DNA of 55,449 nt from Patescibacteria group bacterium (GTDB lineage Bacteria > Patescibacteriota > Minisyncoccia > Minisyncoccales > UBA5738): positions 1-55,449 of the forward strand of contig JAXDBQ010000002.1 of NCBI GenBank assembly GCA_034678605.1, in the 5' to 3' direction. The notes under the pieces are model-generated. The model did no database searches. It worked only from the letters and a program-made list of their open reading frames with translations, and had not been told where the DNA came from. Made by a program: the position numbers and the translations under genes. Shown here piece by piece: positions 19,769 to 29,717 of this stretch. How positions within the stretch are numbered: position 1 is the first letter of the stretch; each line of letters opens with the position of its first letter.

Positions 19769-19781
19769 GCAATTTAAGCGT

Positions 19782-21005
19782 ATGCGCGTGAATGATTTAT
19801 TCGAACAAACTTTTTCATCGTTATTGGCCAACAAGGTCCGTTCGGGGCTCACGGTTTTGGGCATTGTGATCGGCATCGGGTCGGTGATCGCCATGGTTTC
19901 AATCGGCCAGGGGGCGTCGGGAACGATCACTTCCAGCATCGAATCGCTGGGATCGAATTTGTTGATGGTAATGCCGGGATTCGCGCGCGGCGTGGGCCAG
20001 CAGGTGAGCGCCGGCCGCGGGGGTGCCCAGACATTGACTTTGGCCGATGCCGACGCGATCAAAGAAAATGTTGCCGGCGTGGTGGCGGTGGCGCCGCAAT
20101 ATTCCGGTCGCGCGCAAATCACGGCCAAGGGAACTAACACCAACACCACGGTTTACGGCGTGACTGAGGCCTATGCTTTGGTGCGCAATGTTGAGATCGA
20201 GAAAGGATCGTTTATCGTCAAAGCGAACAATGACGCGAAAGCCAAAGTGGCGGTGCTTGGGCCGGCAACCGCGGTTGATCTTTTTGGTGAGGATAGCGAT
20301 CCGATTAGGCAAACGATTCGATTTAACAATATGGATTTTAAGGTTGTCGGAGTGGCTGTTTCAAAAGGCGGTTCGGGGATGAACAATGCCGATGACGCGG
20401 TTTATATTCCGCTGGCCACGGCTCATCAATATATTGCCGGCAACACCAAAGTGGGAACGATCAGCGTTCAGGGCGAGAGCCAAGAAATTTTGGATCAAAT
20501 GCAAGCCGATATTACCGCGCTGTTGATGGATCGGCACAAGATTGCCGATGAAACAAAAATTGATTTTCAGATAATGAATCAGGCCGATATTGTTGAAAGC
20601 GCGTCATCGATCGCGGGAACATTGACGATTTTGCTGGCGTCGATCGCGGGAATTTCGCTGTTGGTGGGCGGCATCGGCATCATGAATATGATGCTCACCA
20701 CCGTGACCGAAAGAACGCGCGAGATCGGTTTGCGCAAAGCCATCGGCGCCAAGAAGAGCGATATCACGGTGCAATTCTTGGCCGAAGCCGTGACGCTCAC
20801 TTTTTTGGGCGGCGCCATCGGCGTGGCCGCGGGCGGATTGGCCGCCGCCGCCGTGGAAAAATTCGGCAACATCGCCACCCAAATTTCGCCAATGTCGGTT
20901 TTGCTGGCGTTTGGCGTGTCGGCGGCTATCGGCATTGTTTTTGGCTATTATCCGGCGTGGCGCGCGGCCAAATTGAACCCGATCACCGCCTTGAGATATG
21001 AATAA
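19782..21005 (+). CDS. MacB/FtsX-like ABC permease
   Basis: RSGLTVLGIVIGIGSVI, GGIGIMNMML..VTERTREIGLRKAIGA, PAWRAAKLNPITALRYE. Confidence 0.95.
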   Translation: MRVNDLFEQTFSSLLANKVRSGLTVLGIVIGIGSVIAMVSIGQGASGTITSSIESLGSNLLMVMPGFARGVGQQVSAGRGGAQTLTLADADAIKENVAGVVAVAPQYSGRAQITAKGTNTNTTVYGVTEAYALVRNVEIEKGSFIVKANNDAKAKVAVLGPATAVDLFGEDSDPIRQTIRFNNMDFKVVGVAVSKGGSGMNNADDAVYIPLATAHQYIAGNTKVGTISVQGESQEILDQMQADITALLMDRHKIADETKIDFQIMNQADIVESASSIAGTLTILLASIAGISLLVGGIGIMNMMLTTVTERTREIGLRKAIGAKKSDITVQFLAEAVTLTFLGGAIGVAAGGLAAAAVEKFGNIATQISPMSVLLAFGVSAAIGIVFGYYPAWRAAKLNPITALRYE

Positions 21006-21009
21006 TAAT

Positions 21010-21090
21010 AAGGCAAAAGTCAAAAGTCTGCGCCAGAGGCGCATCCGTCCTTTGGCGAAAAAAGTCAAAAGTTCAAGTTAAAAGTTAAAT
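21010..21090. repeat. 30-bp core inside 7-mer tract, copy 2
   Basis: Core 21028-21057 identical to 14532-14561. Confidence 0.8.
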
Positions 21091-21097
21091 AAAAAAA

Positions 21098-21541
21098 ATG
21101 AATAAAAATATTGTAATCGTATCGTTGATCGCGGTCGCGGCGGCGGGAGGCGCGTTTTTTGCCGGCATGCAGTTTGGCCAAAATTCGGCGGCGCAAAAAC
21201 GGGCGCAGTTTGGCCAGGATTTTATCAATCAAAAAAACATGATGCCGGGCGCGGGCGGACGGAATATGGGCGGCATGGTTTCGGGCGAAATTTTGGCGAT
21301 TGACGCCGAAAGTTTGACGGTGAAAACCCAAAACGGAAGTTCCAAGATCGTCTTTTTTTCGCCCAGCGTCAAATTGAGCAAATCGGTTGACGCGGCGGCA
21401 AGCGATTTGGCGGTGGGCGGTCGGATCATGGCGTCGGGAACGGCCAACAACGACGGCAGCATCATGGCCAAAACCATTCAAATCGGCGGCGCGCCGTTTG
21501 ACGGCGCGAACAAGCCGGATGATTTTCCGGCAAACAAGTAG
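21098..21541 (+). CDS. Exported protein (DUF5666-like), last gene of the MacAB operon
   Basis: GGAFFAGMQ anchor; GEILAID..LTVK, DLAVGGRI.ASG..DGSI.A. Confidence 0.7.
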   Translation: MNKNIVIVSLIAVAAAGGAFFAGMQFGQNSAAQKRAQFGQDFINQKNMMPGAGGRNMGGMVSGEILAIDAESLTVKTQNGSSKIVFFSPSVKLSKSVDAAASDLAVGGRIMASGTANNDGSIMAKTIQIGGAPFDGANKPDDFPANK

Positions 21542-21557
21542 AGGTTGAGATCAAATC

Positions 21558-21592
21558 AAAAAACCGCCGCGCGAAATCGCGCGGCGGTTTTT
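21558..21592. terminator. Bidirectional intrinsic terminator
   Basis: AAAAACCGCCGCGCGA-AA-TCGCGCGGCGGTTTTT between convergent genes. Confidence 0.8.
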
Positions 21593-21601
21593 TCGCGCGC
21601 G

Positions 21602-22057
21602 TCAGCCGCAAATCAAAATCGCGATGGCGATTCCCAGCAAGAAGCCGAAAAACACTTCAAAGCGCGTGTGGCCCAAAAGTTCTTTCAAATGCTTGGCCTC
21701 GAACCGTTTGTAGCGGTAAAAATCTTCCACGAGACGGTTGATCAATTCGGCGTGCCGGCCGGCTTCGCGCCGCAAGGTGGCCGCGTCGTAGATCACCACC
21801 AAGGCGAACACCGCGCTGATGGCAAAATAGGGCGAGCCAAAGCCGAATTCGATGCCGCAAGCCGCGGCCAGCGCGGTGACGGCGGCCGTGTGCGAGCTGG
21901 GAAAGCCGCCGCTGGCCCAAAACCGCTTGAACGCCTCGCGGTTTACGCCGTGCTTGAACGCCAAAATCATTTTTATCAGTTGCGCCGCCAGCCAAGCGGC
22001 AAATCCGGCCACCAGCGGCTGGTTATTGACGATTGCTTCAAATTCATTCATAAACAA
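21602..22057 (-). CDS. Divergent PAP2 family (DUF212) protein
   Basis: AQLIK, SGGFPSSHTA, VIYDA, LKELLGHT motifs. Confidence 0.9.
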   Translation of the reverse strand: MFMNEFEAIVNNQPLVAGFAAWLAAQLIKMILAFKHGVNREAFKRFWASGGFPSSHTAAVTALAAACGIEFGFGSPYFAISAVFALVVIYDAATLRREAGRHAELINRLVEDFYRYKRFEAKHLKELLGHTRFEVFFGFLLGIAIAILICG

Positions 22058-22085
22058 TTTTAATCTTCGCGATGCTTTGTATTTC

Positions 22086-22124
22086 GGGGTCTAACCCCCG
22101 TGTAATCGCGGGCGGTTAGACCCC
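22086..22124. repeat. 39-bp REP-like element GGGGTCTAACC...GGTTAGACCCC, copy 1
   Basis: Exact reverse complement of 36604-36642; 2-mismatch copy at 47664-47702. Confidence 0.85.
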
Positions 22125-22232
22125 GTCAACATTCATGGTTTCGCGATCCAAAACAATCAATTTTGCTTTCAAATTGATTGTAGCCGTTTTCGCCCCGCAT
22201 TTCAACCGCCGGGCTTGATTTTGTTTTATTCA

Positions 22233-22266
22233 AGTATATATTTAAATATATACTAAGTATATACTT
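22233..22266. promoter_or_regulatory. Tandem palindromic operator upstream of the AbrB-like gene
   Basis: AGTATATATTTAAATATATACT (22233-22254) and AAGTATATACTT (22255-22266), both perfect palindromes. Confidence 0.55.
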
Positions 22267-22276
22267 GATAAAAAAT

Positions 22277-22450
22277 ATGAACCGCAAAACTTCGCAGAAC
22301 AGCGTTCGCAAACTGATGCGTTTGGGCAAAACCAGTTTGGCCATCACTTTGCCCAAGGAAATTTTAGTTCAATTGGGCTGGCGCGAATCCCAAAAAGTGG
22401 TGGCCAAAAAGCGCGGCCAAACCATCGTGATTTCCGACTGGAAAGAATGA
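22277..22450 (+). CDS. AbrB/MazE/SpoVT family DNA-binding protein
   Basis: VRKLMRLGKTSLAITLPKEIL.QLGWRE swapped-hairpin pattern. Confidence 0.8.
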   Translation: MNRKTSQNSVRKLMRLGKTSLAITLPKEILVQLGWRESQKVVAKKRGQTIVISDWKE

Positions 22451-22496
22451 TTTCCACCGTTGATTTTTAAGGCAAAAAGGAGTATTTTAAACAAAT

Positions 22497-25064
22497 ATGA
22501 ATGGCTCAAAAGAAGCGAAAGCGCGAGTAAAAATTAATAAGTTGCTCGAAAGTTCAGGGTGGCGTTTCGAGGATGGTAAAAATGAGAAAGCCAATATACG
22601 GCTTGAGGCGGGCGTGAAATTCAACGAATTGGACGATGATTTGGAAAACGCCACCGCCAATGACGGCCGCCGCGGCGCGGTTGATTTTCTTTTACTTGAT
22701 AAAGACGGTCGGGCTTTGGTGGTAGTGGAGGCAAAGCGCGAAGCGATTGATCCGCTTTCGGCTAAAGAGCAGGCGCGAACTTATGCGCGCAATAGCGGCG
22801 CGCGGTTTGTGATTCTTTCAAATGGCAATTTGCATTATTTTTGGGACACGAAACACGGAAACCCCGATATTATTTCGCGTTTTCCCACGCAGGAATCAAT
22901 AAGCCAATACGAAAAATATGAACCCAATCCGGACGAGCTGGCGCAAATTGCGGTGGATGAAAATTATATCATTGAGACACAAATGCCCGGGCATGCCGGC
23001 GATCCGTCATTTCAGGATATTTCCAAGCGGCCGGAATTTTTGAAAAACAACAATTTAAAGCAGCTGCGGTCATACCAGATACAAGCGGTAAAAATCTTGC
23101 AGGAGGCGGTGAAAAACGGTAAACAGCGTTTTTTGTTTGAAATGGCCACCGGCACCGGAAAAACCTTGGTTTCGGCGGCAGTGATTAAATTATTTTTGAA
23201 ATCCGGCAACGCTCGCCGCGTTCTTTTTTTGGTGGATCGTTTGGAATTGGAAGAGCAAGCCGAAAAAGCGTTCAAACAATGTTTGGGAAAAGATTTTCAT
23301 GTTGCGGTTTACAAAGAAAATCGCGAATCGTGGACTAATGCCAGCGTGGTGGTTTCGACCATTCAGACATTTTTGGCCGGAGATCGCTATAAAAAAGAAT
23401 TTTCGCCCACTGATTTCGAATTGGTTATTTCCGACGAAGCCCATCGTTCCATCGGCGGCAACAGCCGGGCGGTATTCGAATATTTTGTGGGTTATAAATT
23501 GGGGTTGACCGCCACGCCCAAAAATTATCTTAAAGGAATTGATGCCGACGACGACAATCAGCGGGATTATGAGCGCCGGTTGTTGCTTGATACTTATAAA
23601 ACATTCGGTTGCGATTCCGGCGAACCGACATTTTCGTATGATTTGGTGAAAGGGGCAAAAGAGGGGTATTTGATCCAGCCGGTGGTGGTGGACGCGCGCA
23701 CGGAGATAACCACTCAATTGCTTTCCGAACAAGGATACGCGGTGAGTAAAACCGCCGCTGACGGCCAAAACATTGATCAAGTTTTTGACGAGCGGCATTA
23801 CGAGCGCAAGTTTTTCAACGAAGAAACCAATATCGCGATGTGCAAGGCGTTCATTGACAACGGGCTTTTTGATCCGGCAACCGAAAGTTGCGGCGCGCCG
23901 CTTTTTGGCAAGTCAATCGTTTTTTGCGTTTCTCAAAGTCATGCCGCCCGCGTGGCCAACATTTTGAATAAATTGGCGTCAAGCAAATGGCCGAAAATTT
24001 ACGGCGAATCGGATTTTGCCATGCAAATCACTTCGCAAGTGAAAGGCGCTCAGCAAATGACGGTTAATTTTGCCAATAACCGGTTGGGCGGAAAAACAAA
24101 AGTGCCCGAAGATTATGAAACCTGCAAAACGCGCGCGGCGGTTACCGTGGGGATGATGTCCACCGGTTATGATTGCCAGGATTTGCTCAATATCGCGCTG
24201 ATGCGGCCGGTTTTTTCGCCCACTGATTTTGTACAGATAAAAGGCCGCGGCACTCGCAAATTTTTATTTGAATGTGAAAACGGCGGCGATAAAATCGCGA
24301 TTTCCAAAACCAAATTCAAGTTTTTCGATTTTTTCGCGGTTTGCGAATATTTTGAAAACGAATATCCGTATGACGAAAAAATAAAATTACCGCGGATAAA
24401 GATCATTGCCAATGACGGTATGGCTTCGGAAAAAAGAACCGATAAAATCGAGTATGCCGACGAAAACGGCCAAAAAGTATTTGAAGGGCCGTTTGATTTG
24501 GCGGCGGCCGACCGATTGGAATCGGTGGTGGAAACGCCGGTGGGAGAATTGGGCATGCGCATTGACCGGGAAGGATTTAAAAAGGCGGTGGACGAGGATG
24601 TTTTGGGCAACGAAACGCTTAAAACTTTGTGGGAAAACGGCGATACCGACCAGGCCGAAGAATACGCCCGCCGGCATATTTTTGACAAGCCCAAATATTT
24701 TCTCAATTTGGAAAAAATCCGCAAATTATTCGGCGTTGACCGGCGCATAAGCGTCAAGGAATTTTTGCAGTTTGTTTTCGGCGACAAAAAGGAATTCGAA
24801 TCAAAAGACGCGCTTTTGGAATCAGAATGGGAAAAATTTCTTGAAATCAATCCGGTGGATCAAAATCATTATGAGACGGTGAAAATGTTTTTCAAGGCCT
24901 ATATCACCGATCCGGCCGTGCGGGAAATCATCGCCAGCCGCCAAACCCAGCGTTTCAATTTTGAATCATCGTTTAATTTTGAAGAATATCGAAAGTTGAA
25001 CGGTTTCAAAACTATCGTGCCGCGATATATCCGCGATTACGCCTATCAACTAACCAATTTATAA
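22497..25064 (+). CDS. hsdR: Type I restriction enzyme R subunit (EcoEI-like)
   Basis: VDFLL..VVEAK nuclease, MATGTGKT, DEAHR, LTATP, QIKGRGTR helicase motifs; next to an N6-MTase. Confidence 0.88.
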   Translation: MNGSKEAKARVKINKLLESSGWRFEDGKNEKANIRLEAGVKFNELDDDLENATANDGRRGAVDFLLLDKDGRALVVVEAKREAIDPLSAKEQARTYARNSGARFVILSNGNLHYFWDTKHGNPDIISRFPTQESISQYEKYEPNPDELAQIAVDENYIIETQMPGHAGDPSFQDISKRPEFLKNNNLKQLRSYQIQAVKILQEAVKNGKQRFLFEMATGTGKTLVSAAVIKLFLKSGNARRVLFLVDRLELEEQAEKAFKQCLGKDFHVAVYKENRESWTNASVVVSTIQTFLAGDRYKKEFSPTDFELVISDEAHRSIGGNSRAVFEYFVGYKLGLTATPKNYLKGIDADDDNQRDYERRLLLDTYKTFGCDSGEPTFSYDLVKGAKEGYLIQPVVVDARTEITTQLLSEQGYAVSKTAADGQNIDQVFDERHYERKFFNEETNIAMCKAFIDNGLFDPATESCGAPLFGKSIVFCVSQSHAARVANILNKLASSKWPKIYGESDFAMQITSQVKGAQQMTVNFANNRLGGKTKVPEDYETCKTRAAVTVGMMSTGYDCQDLLNIALMRPVFSPTDFVQIKGRGTRKFLFECENGGDKIAISKTKFKFFDFFAVCEYFENEYPYDEKIKLPRIKIIANDGMASEKRTDKIEYADENGQKVFEGPFDLAAADRLESVVETPVGELGMRIDREGFKKAVDEDVLGNETLKTLWENGDTDQAEEYARRHIFDKPKYFLNLEKIRKLFGVDRRISVKEFLQFVFGDKKEFESKDALLESEWEKFLEINPVDQNHYETVKMFFKAYITDPAVREIIASRQTQRFNFESSFNFEEYRKLNGFKTIVPRYIRDYAYQLTNL

Positions 25065-25065
25065 A

Positions 25066-27504
25066 ATGAACACGGAAATCAAACGGCATATCGATGCCGC
25101 CCGGCAAGTGCTGGTGGGGGTGGTGCCCAATCCCACTTCGCAAATTGACCAGATCACCAACGCTTTGATCTATAAGTTCATGGATGATATGGACCGGGCC
25201 GCGATCGAGCAAGGCGACCAGGCCGCGTTTTTCATTGGTGATTTGGAACGTTATGCCTGGACGCGGTTAATGGACACGCGGCTTGGCAGCCAGGAAAAAA
25301 TGAATTTATATTCCGAAGCGCTGGCCAAATTCTCGCAAGCCAAGCAATTGCCCGAATTGTTCCGCGGAATTTTCAAGTCCGCATTTTTGCCCTATCGCTC
25401 GCCGGAGGTCTTGGATTTGTTCTTGAAAGAAATCAACTATTTTGACTATTCCCATCCCGAGGAATTGGGCAATGCCTATGAATATCTGCTTTCGATAATG
25501 TCATCTCAAGGCGACGCGGGGCAGTTTCGCACGCCGCGCCACATTATTGATTTTATGGTGGACGCGGTGAATCCCACCAAAGACGATAAAATCCTTGATC
25601 CGGCTTGCGGCACCGGTGGTTTTTTGGTGAAATCCTACCAGCATATTTTGGAGCAACTGCGCCAAAAAGACGCCCGCGGCAACGCGCCCCGGCCGATCAC
25701 GCCCGACGAGCGCAAAAAATTGATGAACAATTTTGAGGGTTATGATATCGATCCCGCGATGGCGCGCATCGCGCAGGTCAATATGTATTTGCACCAGTTC
25801 AAGAATCCCAAAATTTACCAATATGACGCGCTTTCGCAAGAAGAGCGGTGGGGTGATAAATTCGACGTGATTTTGGCCAATCCGCCGTTTATGTCGCCCA
25901 AAGGCGGGATCCGGCCTCACGGCAAGTTCGGCGTGCAATCCAACCGCTCGGAAGTGCTTTTCGTGGATTATATTATGAACCACTTGCGGCCAAAAGGCCG
26001 GGCCGCCATCATCGTTCCCGAAGGCATCATTTTCCAATCCGCCACCGCCCACAGGCAACTTCGCAAAAATTTGATCGAGGATGGTCTCTATTGCGTGGCC
26101 AGTTTGCCCAGCGGCGTGTTTGCGCCTTACAGCGGCGTGAAAACCAGCATTTTGTTTTTCGACAATGAAATCGCCGGCCGCACCAATGAGATTTTGTTCG
26201 TGAAAATCGAAAACGACGGATTCGACCCGGGCGCGACCAAACGCGCGATAGAAAAAAACGATTTGCCGCAAGCGCTGGAAATTATCAGCCAGTGGAAAAC
26301 CGGCAAAAAATCCGAAAATAACCTCGCGCTCTATGTTGCCAAATCAAAGATTGCCCAAAACGATTATAACCTTTCGGCCGACCGTTATCGCGCTGCCACC
26401 GATTATTCCAACGCCAAATGGCCGATGGTGGAATTGGGCGAAGTTTGTGAATTATATCAACCCAAAACTATTACCGGAAAAGAAATATCAAGTGAACCGC
26501 AGAATGGCTGGTATAAAGTTTATGGAGCGAATGGCGTAATCGGCTATTATCATTCTTATAATGAAGAATATCCGCAAGTGCTTATAACTTGTCGTGGAGC
26601 AACTTGCGGCACGATAAATTTATCGGATCATAAATCGTATGTGACTGGCAATGCGATGGTGGCAAAGCCAAAGGATAGTAATCAAATTATTAAAAAATTT
26701 TTATTTTACATCCTTAAAAATGCTGATCTTTCGTCGGTAATTACAGGTGCGGCACAGCCGCAAATAACGCGCGCTTCATTGTCACCTTTTACAATCCCTC
26801 TTCCGCTGTTGGAAATCCAGGAGCAAATCGTGGCCGAATTGGACGGTTATCAAAAAATAATCGACGGCGCCAAGCAAATCGCCCAAAACTGGAAACCCAA
26901 AATCGACATTGATCCGAAGTGGAAAAAGGTGAAATTTGATGATTATATATTTTTTCAAGAAGGTCCGGGAATTAGGAGTTGGCAATTTACAAACAGTGGA
27001 GTCAAATTGTTTAATGTGAAAAATATAGTTAATGGTGAAATAGAATTAGATAATTCTGACAAGTATATTTCTTTCGAGGAATTTAATAAAAAATATAGAC
27101 ATTTTCAGATTGAAGATGGGGATATTATATTAGCAAGTTCTGGTGCTACTTATGGGAAAAATGCTTATTTTAAAGATCCTGGTTATCCTGTCATGGTTAA
27201 TACGAGCAATATACGCATTCATCCAAAAGATGCTTCTAAAATTATTCAAGGATTTATTAAAATAATACTTGACAGTGAAATATTCAAGAGCCAAATTGAT
27301 CATCTTATAACGGGCGCGGCACAGCCCAATTTTGGTCCGTATCATTTACAACAAGTTGAAATAGGGGTGCCATCTATTGAAATTCAAAAGCACATCGTAA
27401 AAAAAATTGAAGCCGAGCGCGCCATGGTCGAAGTCGCCAAAAAACTGATCGAAATCTATGAACAAAAAACCAAAGCCGCCATTGCCAAACTTTGGACTGA
27501 ATGA
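25066..27504 (+). CDS. hsdM: Fused Type I M-S subunit (N6-adenine MTase plus two TRDs)
   Basis: GQFRTPRHI, DPACGTGGF, ANPPF, then HsdS-like halves each ending ITGAAQP..IPLP/GVPS.EIQ. Confidence 0.88.
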   Translation: MNTEIKRHIDAARQVLVGVVPNPTSQIDQITNALIYKFMDDMDRAAIEQGDQAAFFIGDLERYAWTRLMDTRLGSQEKMNLYSEALAKFSQAKQLPELFRGIFKSAFLPYRSPEVLDLFLKEINYFDYSHPEELGNAYEYLLSIMSSQGDAGQFRTPRHIIDFMVDAVNPTKDDKILDPACGTGGFLVKSYQHILEQLRQKDARGNAPRPITPDERKKLMNNFEGYDIDPAMARIAQVNMYLHQFKNPKIYQYDALSQEERWGDKFDVILANPPFMSPKGGIRPHGKFGVQSNRSEVLFVDYIMNHLRPKGRAAIIVPEGIIFQSATAHRQLRKNLIEDGLYCVASLPSGVFAPYSGVKTSILFFDNEIAGRTNEILFVKIENDGFDPGATKRAIEKNDLPQALEIISQWKTGKKSENNLALYVAKSKIAQNDYNLSADRYRAATDYSNAKWPMVELGEVCELYQPKTITGKEISSEPQNGWYKVYGANGVIGYYHSYNEEYPQVLITCRGATCGTINLSDHKSYVTGNAMVAKPKDSNQIIKKFLFYILKNADLSSVITGAAQPQITRASLSPFTIPLPLLEIQEQIVAELDGYQKIIDGAKQIAQNWKPKIDIDPKWKKVKFDDYIFFQEGPGIRSWQFTNSGVKLFNVKNIVNGEIELDNSDKYISFEEFNKKYRHFQIEDGDIILASSGATYGKNAYFKDPGYPVMVNTSNIRIHPKDASKIIQGFIKIILDSEIFKSQIDHLITGAAQPNFGPYHLQQVEIGVPSIEIQKHIVKKIEAERAMVEVAKKLIEIYEQKTKAAIAKLWTE

Positions 27505-28214
27505 ATATGGGCTATCCGTTGGTTTCATATTTTTCGCTTCGCAAAAGCGAGGAGGAACAAAATTACATTCGCGGGCTTTTTGATCAATTCGAAAACGCCA
27601 AGGTTATGGGGGCATACCACTTGGCGCTTTTCGCCTATCATCTGCTTTTTATTTGTTTTCTCTATGAAACGCTTTACAAGATAAAATTATGGTTTCCGAT
27701 TAAACACGACATGGCGTTTGTTTCTTTTTCCGCCGACCAAAGAAAAAAAATTCGCGATGCGAAAAATCCCATTGATTATGTTGGCAATCGCAACAGAGAA
27801 AAATCGTTGTTTGAATTTTTGAATATTTTTTGCGATTGCGAAGCGTTGGTGGCAAAATGCAAAAGTTTGACTGATTATCGAAACAACAATTTGGGGCATG
27901 TGAATTATAATCTTATCGGTGAAATTGAATTTGAAAATAAAATCGAAGAATACGATCAAACCGCGGGAAAAATCCATGAAATTACCCAAAACAAACTTGC
28001 CGCGGTTTTTGACGAATATGCGCAAACTATTGAAAAATTGGGCGAGGAAATCACCAAGGACGGCTTGGAATTGGATTTGATAATTCCAAATCGTTTGAGC
28101 GACGCGGATCTTGGCGATCTGGCCGCCGCATGCGAATTGAAAAATAATGGCATATATAAAACTATAAGCCAAGTTTTGAAAAATGATTTTGGCGTTGAGG
28201 TGGCGTTTATATAA
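27501..28214 (+). CDS. Hypothetical protein coupled to the R-M operon
   Basis: ATGA overlap with hsdM-S; helical; YRNNNLGH resembles a HEPN-like Rx4-6H motif (weak). Confidence 0.65.
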   Translation: MNMGYPLVSYFSLRKSEEEQNYIRGLFDQFENAKVMGAYHLALFAYHLLFICFLYETLYKIKLWFPIKHDMAFVSFSADQRKKIRDAKNPIDYVGNRNREKSLFEFLNIFCDCEALVAKCKSLTDYRNNNLGHVNYNLIGEIEFENKIEEYDQTAGKIHEITQNKLAAVFDEYAQTIEKLGEEITKDGLELDLIIPNRLSDADLGDLAAACELKNNGIYKTISQVLKNDFGVEVAFI

Positions 28215-28335
28215 CGCCATAAATTAATTAAAAATAGTCGCATAATCCGCCTTTTGCGGTTTTTTTATTTCATTATTGACAACAAAAATGGAATTTGTTA
28301 AATAAAAAGTAATAATAAATAATAATAAAAGTTAT

Positions 28336-28719
28336 ATGGAATACAATTTCAAGAAGTTTGAGGGAGTTAATTCCCGGTCGGAAGATAGAATTACAATAAC
28401 CAAAAATAATTCCATAGGATTTCCGACAAAATTTTATAACGACAATAATATCAAGCGATTTGAATATGTTTTGTTATTTTGGGATATAAAAAATAAGGCA
28501 ATAGGAATTAAATTTACCAATGAAGAAAGTGAAAAAAGTAAATTCAAAATAATTCATAGCAAAATCGGTTATGGCGGCAGTATCACTGCAAGGAGTTTTT
28601 TTAGGGGCAATAATATTGATCCAAAAATTTATTGCGGGCGGTATGAATGGAAAAAAGAAAAGGCCGAAGGTATTGGTGAGATTTTTATAATTGAATTAAA
28701 AGAAAGGGCGGCTAAATGA
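28336..28719 (+). CDS. Hypothetical small beta-rich protein
   Basis: AT-rich 127-aa ORF with TTGACA at 28276; likely co-transcribed with the DUF3800 gene. Confidence 0.7.
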   Translation: MEYNFKKFEGVNSRSEDRITITKNNSIGFPTKFYNDNNIKRFEYVLLFWDIKNKAIGIKFTNEESEKSKFKIIHSKIGYGGSITARSFFRGNNIDPKIYCGRYEWKKEKAEGIGEIFIIELKERAAK

Positions 28720-28726
28720 TAAATTT

Positions 28727-29485
28727 ATGGGAAATCATAAAAAGCAAAAAATTTATATCTTTTTTGACGAATCCGGCAAGCCGGAAATATATTCCGCAAA
28801 AGGAGTTAATTTGGTGGAAACCGGAGTGGCGACAAAATATCTTGTTTTGGCCTCGGTGAGAGTCGGCGATCAGTTATTTTTGCAACAATCGGTAACCGAT
28901 TTTAAGTTGCGATTGTTAAAAGACGAGTCGTTTGTAAAAATATTTTCCTCGGCTTACGCGCTCGACTCTTTTCACGCGCAAAGCGATTATCCGCAAGTAA
29001 GGGAAAAATTTTACGATTTTATTAATAATATGCCGGATGTCAAAATTGATGTTTTGGTGGCGGAAAAACTCAAATGTTTTCCAAATTTAAGAACAAATCC
29101 CGATAAACTTTACGGGGTTATGGCGGGGCATCTTTTGAAAAATATTACGCATCAAGCTGACGCAACAGAAATTATTTTTTCAAGAAAAGACAGCAAATTG
29201 ATGGTTCGGCGCGAGATGGAGGCGGAAATAGAAAGGATTAGGTTGCATTATTTGGAAACGCATCCGAACATTGATCGGCAGTTTAATCTTTCATATCAAC
29301 ATAATCCGCATTACACGCACGGAGGGTTGCAAGTCGCCGATTATGTTGCGTATGCGGTTTTTCAGGCATATGAAAATCAAAATCAAAAATGGCTTGATAT
29401 GATTCAAGCTAAAATTGGGATAATACGAGATATTTGTAACAAAAAATACTTTACCAGAAGCAATCCGCTAAAACTATCCACTTAA
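28727..29485 (+). CDS. DUF3800 family protein
   Basis: N-terminal YIFFDESG and C-terminal GLQVADYVAYA signature. Confidence 0.85.
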   Translation: MGNHKKQKIYIFFDESGKPEIYSAKGVNLVETGVATKYLVLASVRVGDQLFLQQSVTDFKLRLLKDESFVKIFSSAYALDSFHAQSDYPQVREKFYDFINNMPDVKIDVLVAEKLKCFPNLRTNPDKLYGVMAGHLLKNITHQADATEIIFSRKDSKLMVRREMEAEIERIRLHYLETHPNIDRQFNLSYQHNPHYTHGGLQVADYVAYAVFQAYENQNQKWLDMIQAKIGIIRDICNKKYFTRSNPLKLST

Positions 29486-29586
29486 GGAAGTGCGAACTTC
29501 GCACGTTTCATTAAGCGGACTGCTTTTGATAAAGTATCCAATGCCATATACGCAATCGCAATTCAAATTGAGCAGTATTGAATTTA
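29476..29586 (-). ncRNA. Candidate small RNA convergent on DUF3800 gene 1
   Basis: Minus-strand TTGACA-16-TATGAT with extended TG (29619-29592); hairpins GTGCGAA-G-TTCGCAC and TCCGCTTAA/TTAAGTGGA overlapping the stop codon. Confidence 0.55.
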
Positions 29587-29717
29587 AGTTTATCATATCA
29601 TAACATCTAATTTTGTCAAGCGTCAAGGGTGTGAATAAAATTTTGTTTGCAATAGTTAAAGCATTGCAATGGCTGGGCGTTGAGCTCAAAATATCGTGTT
29701 TAATTTAATGCAATAAT

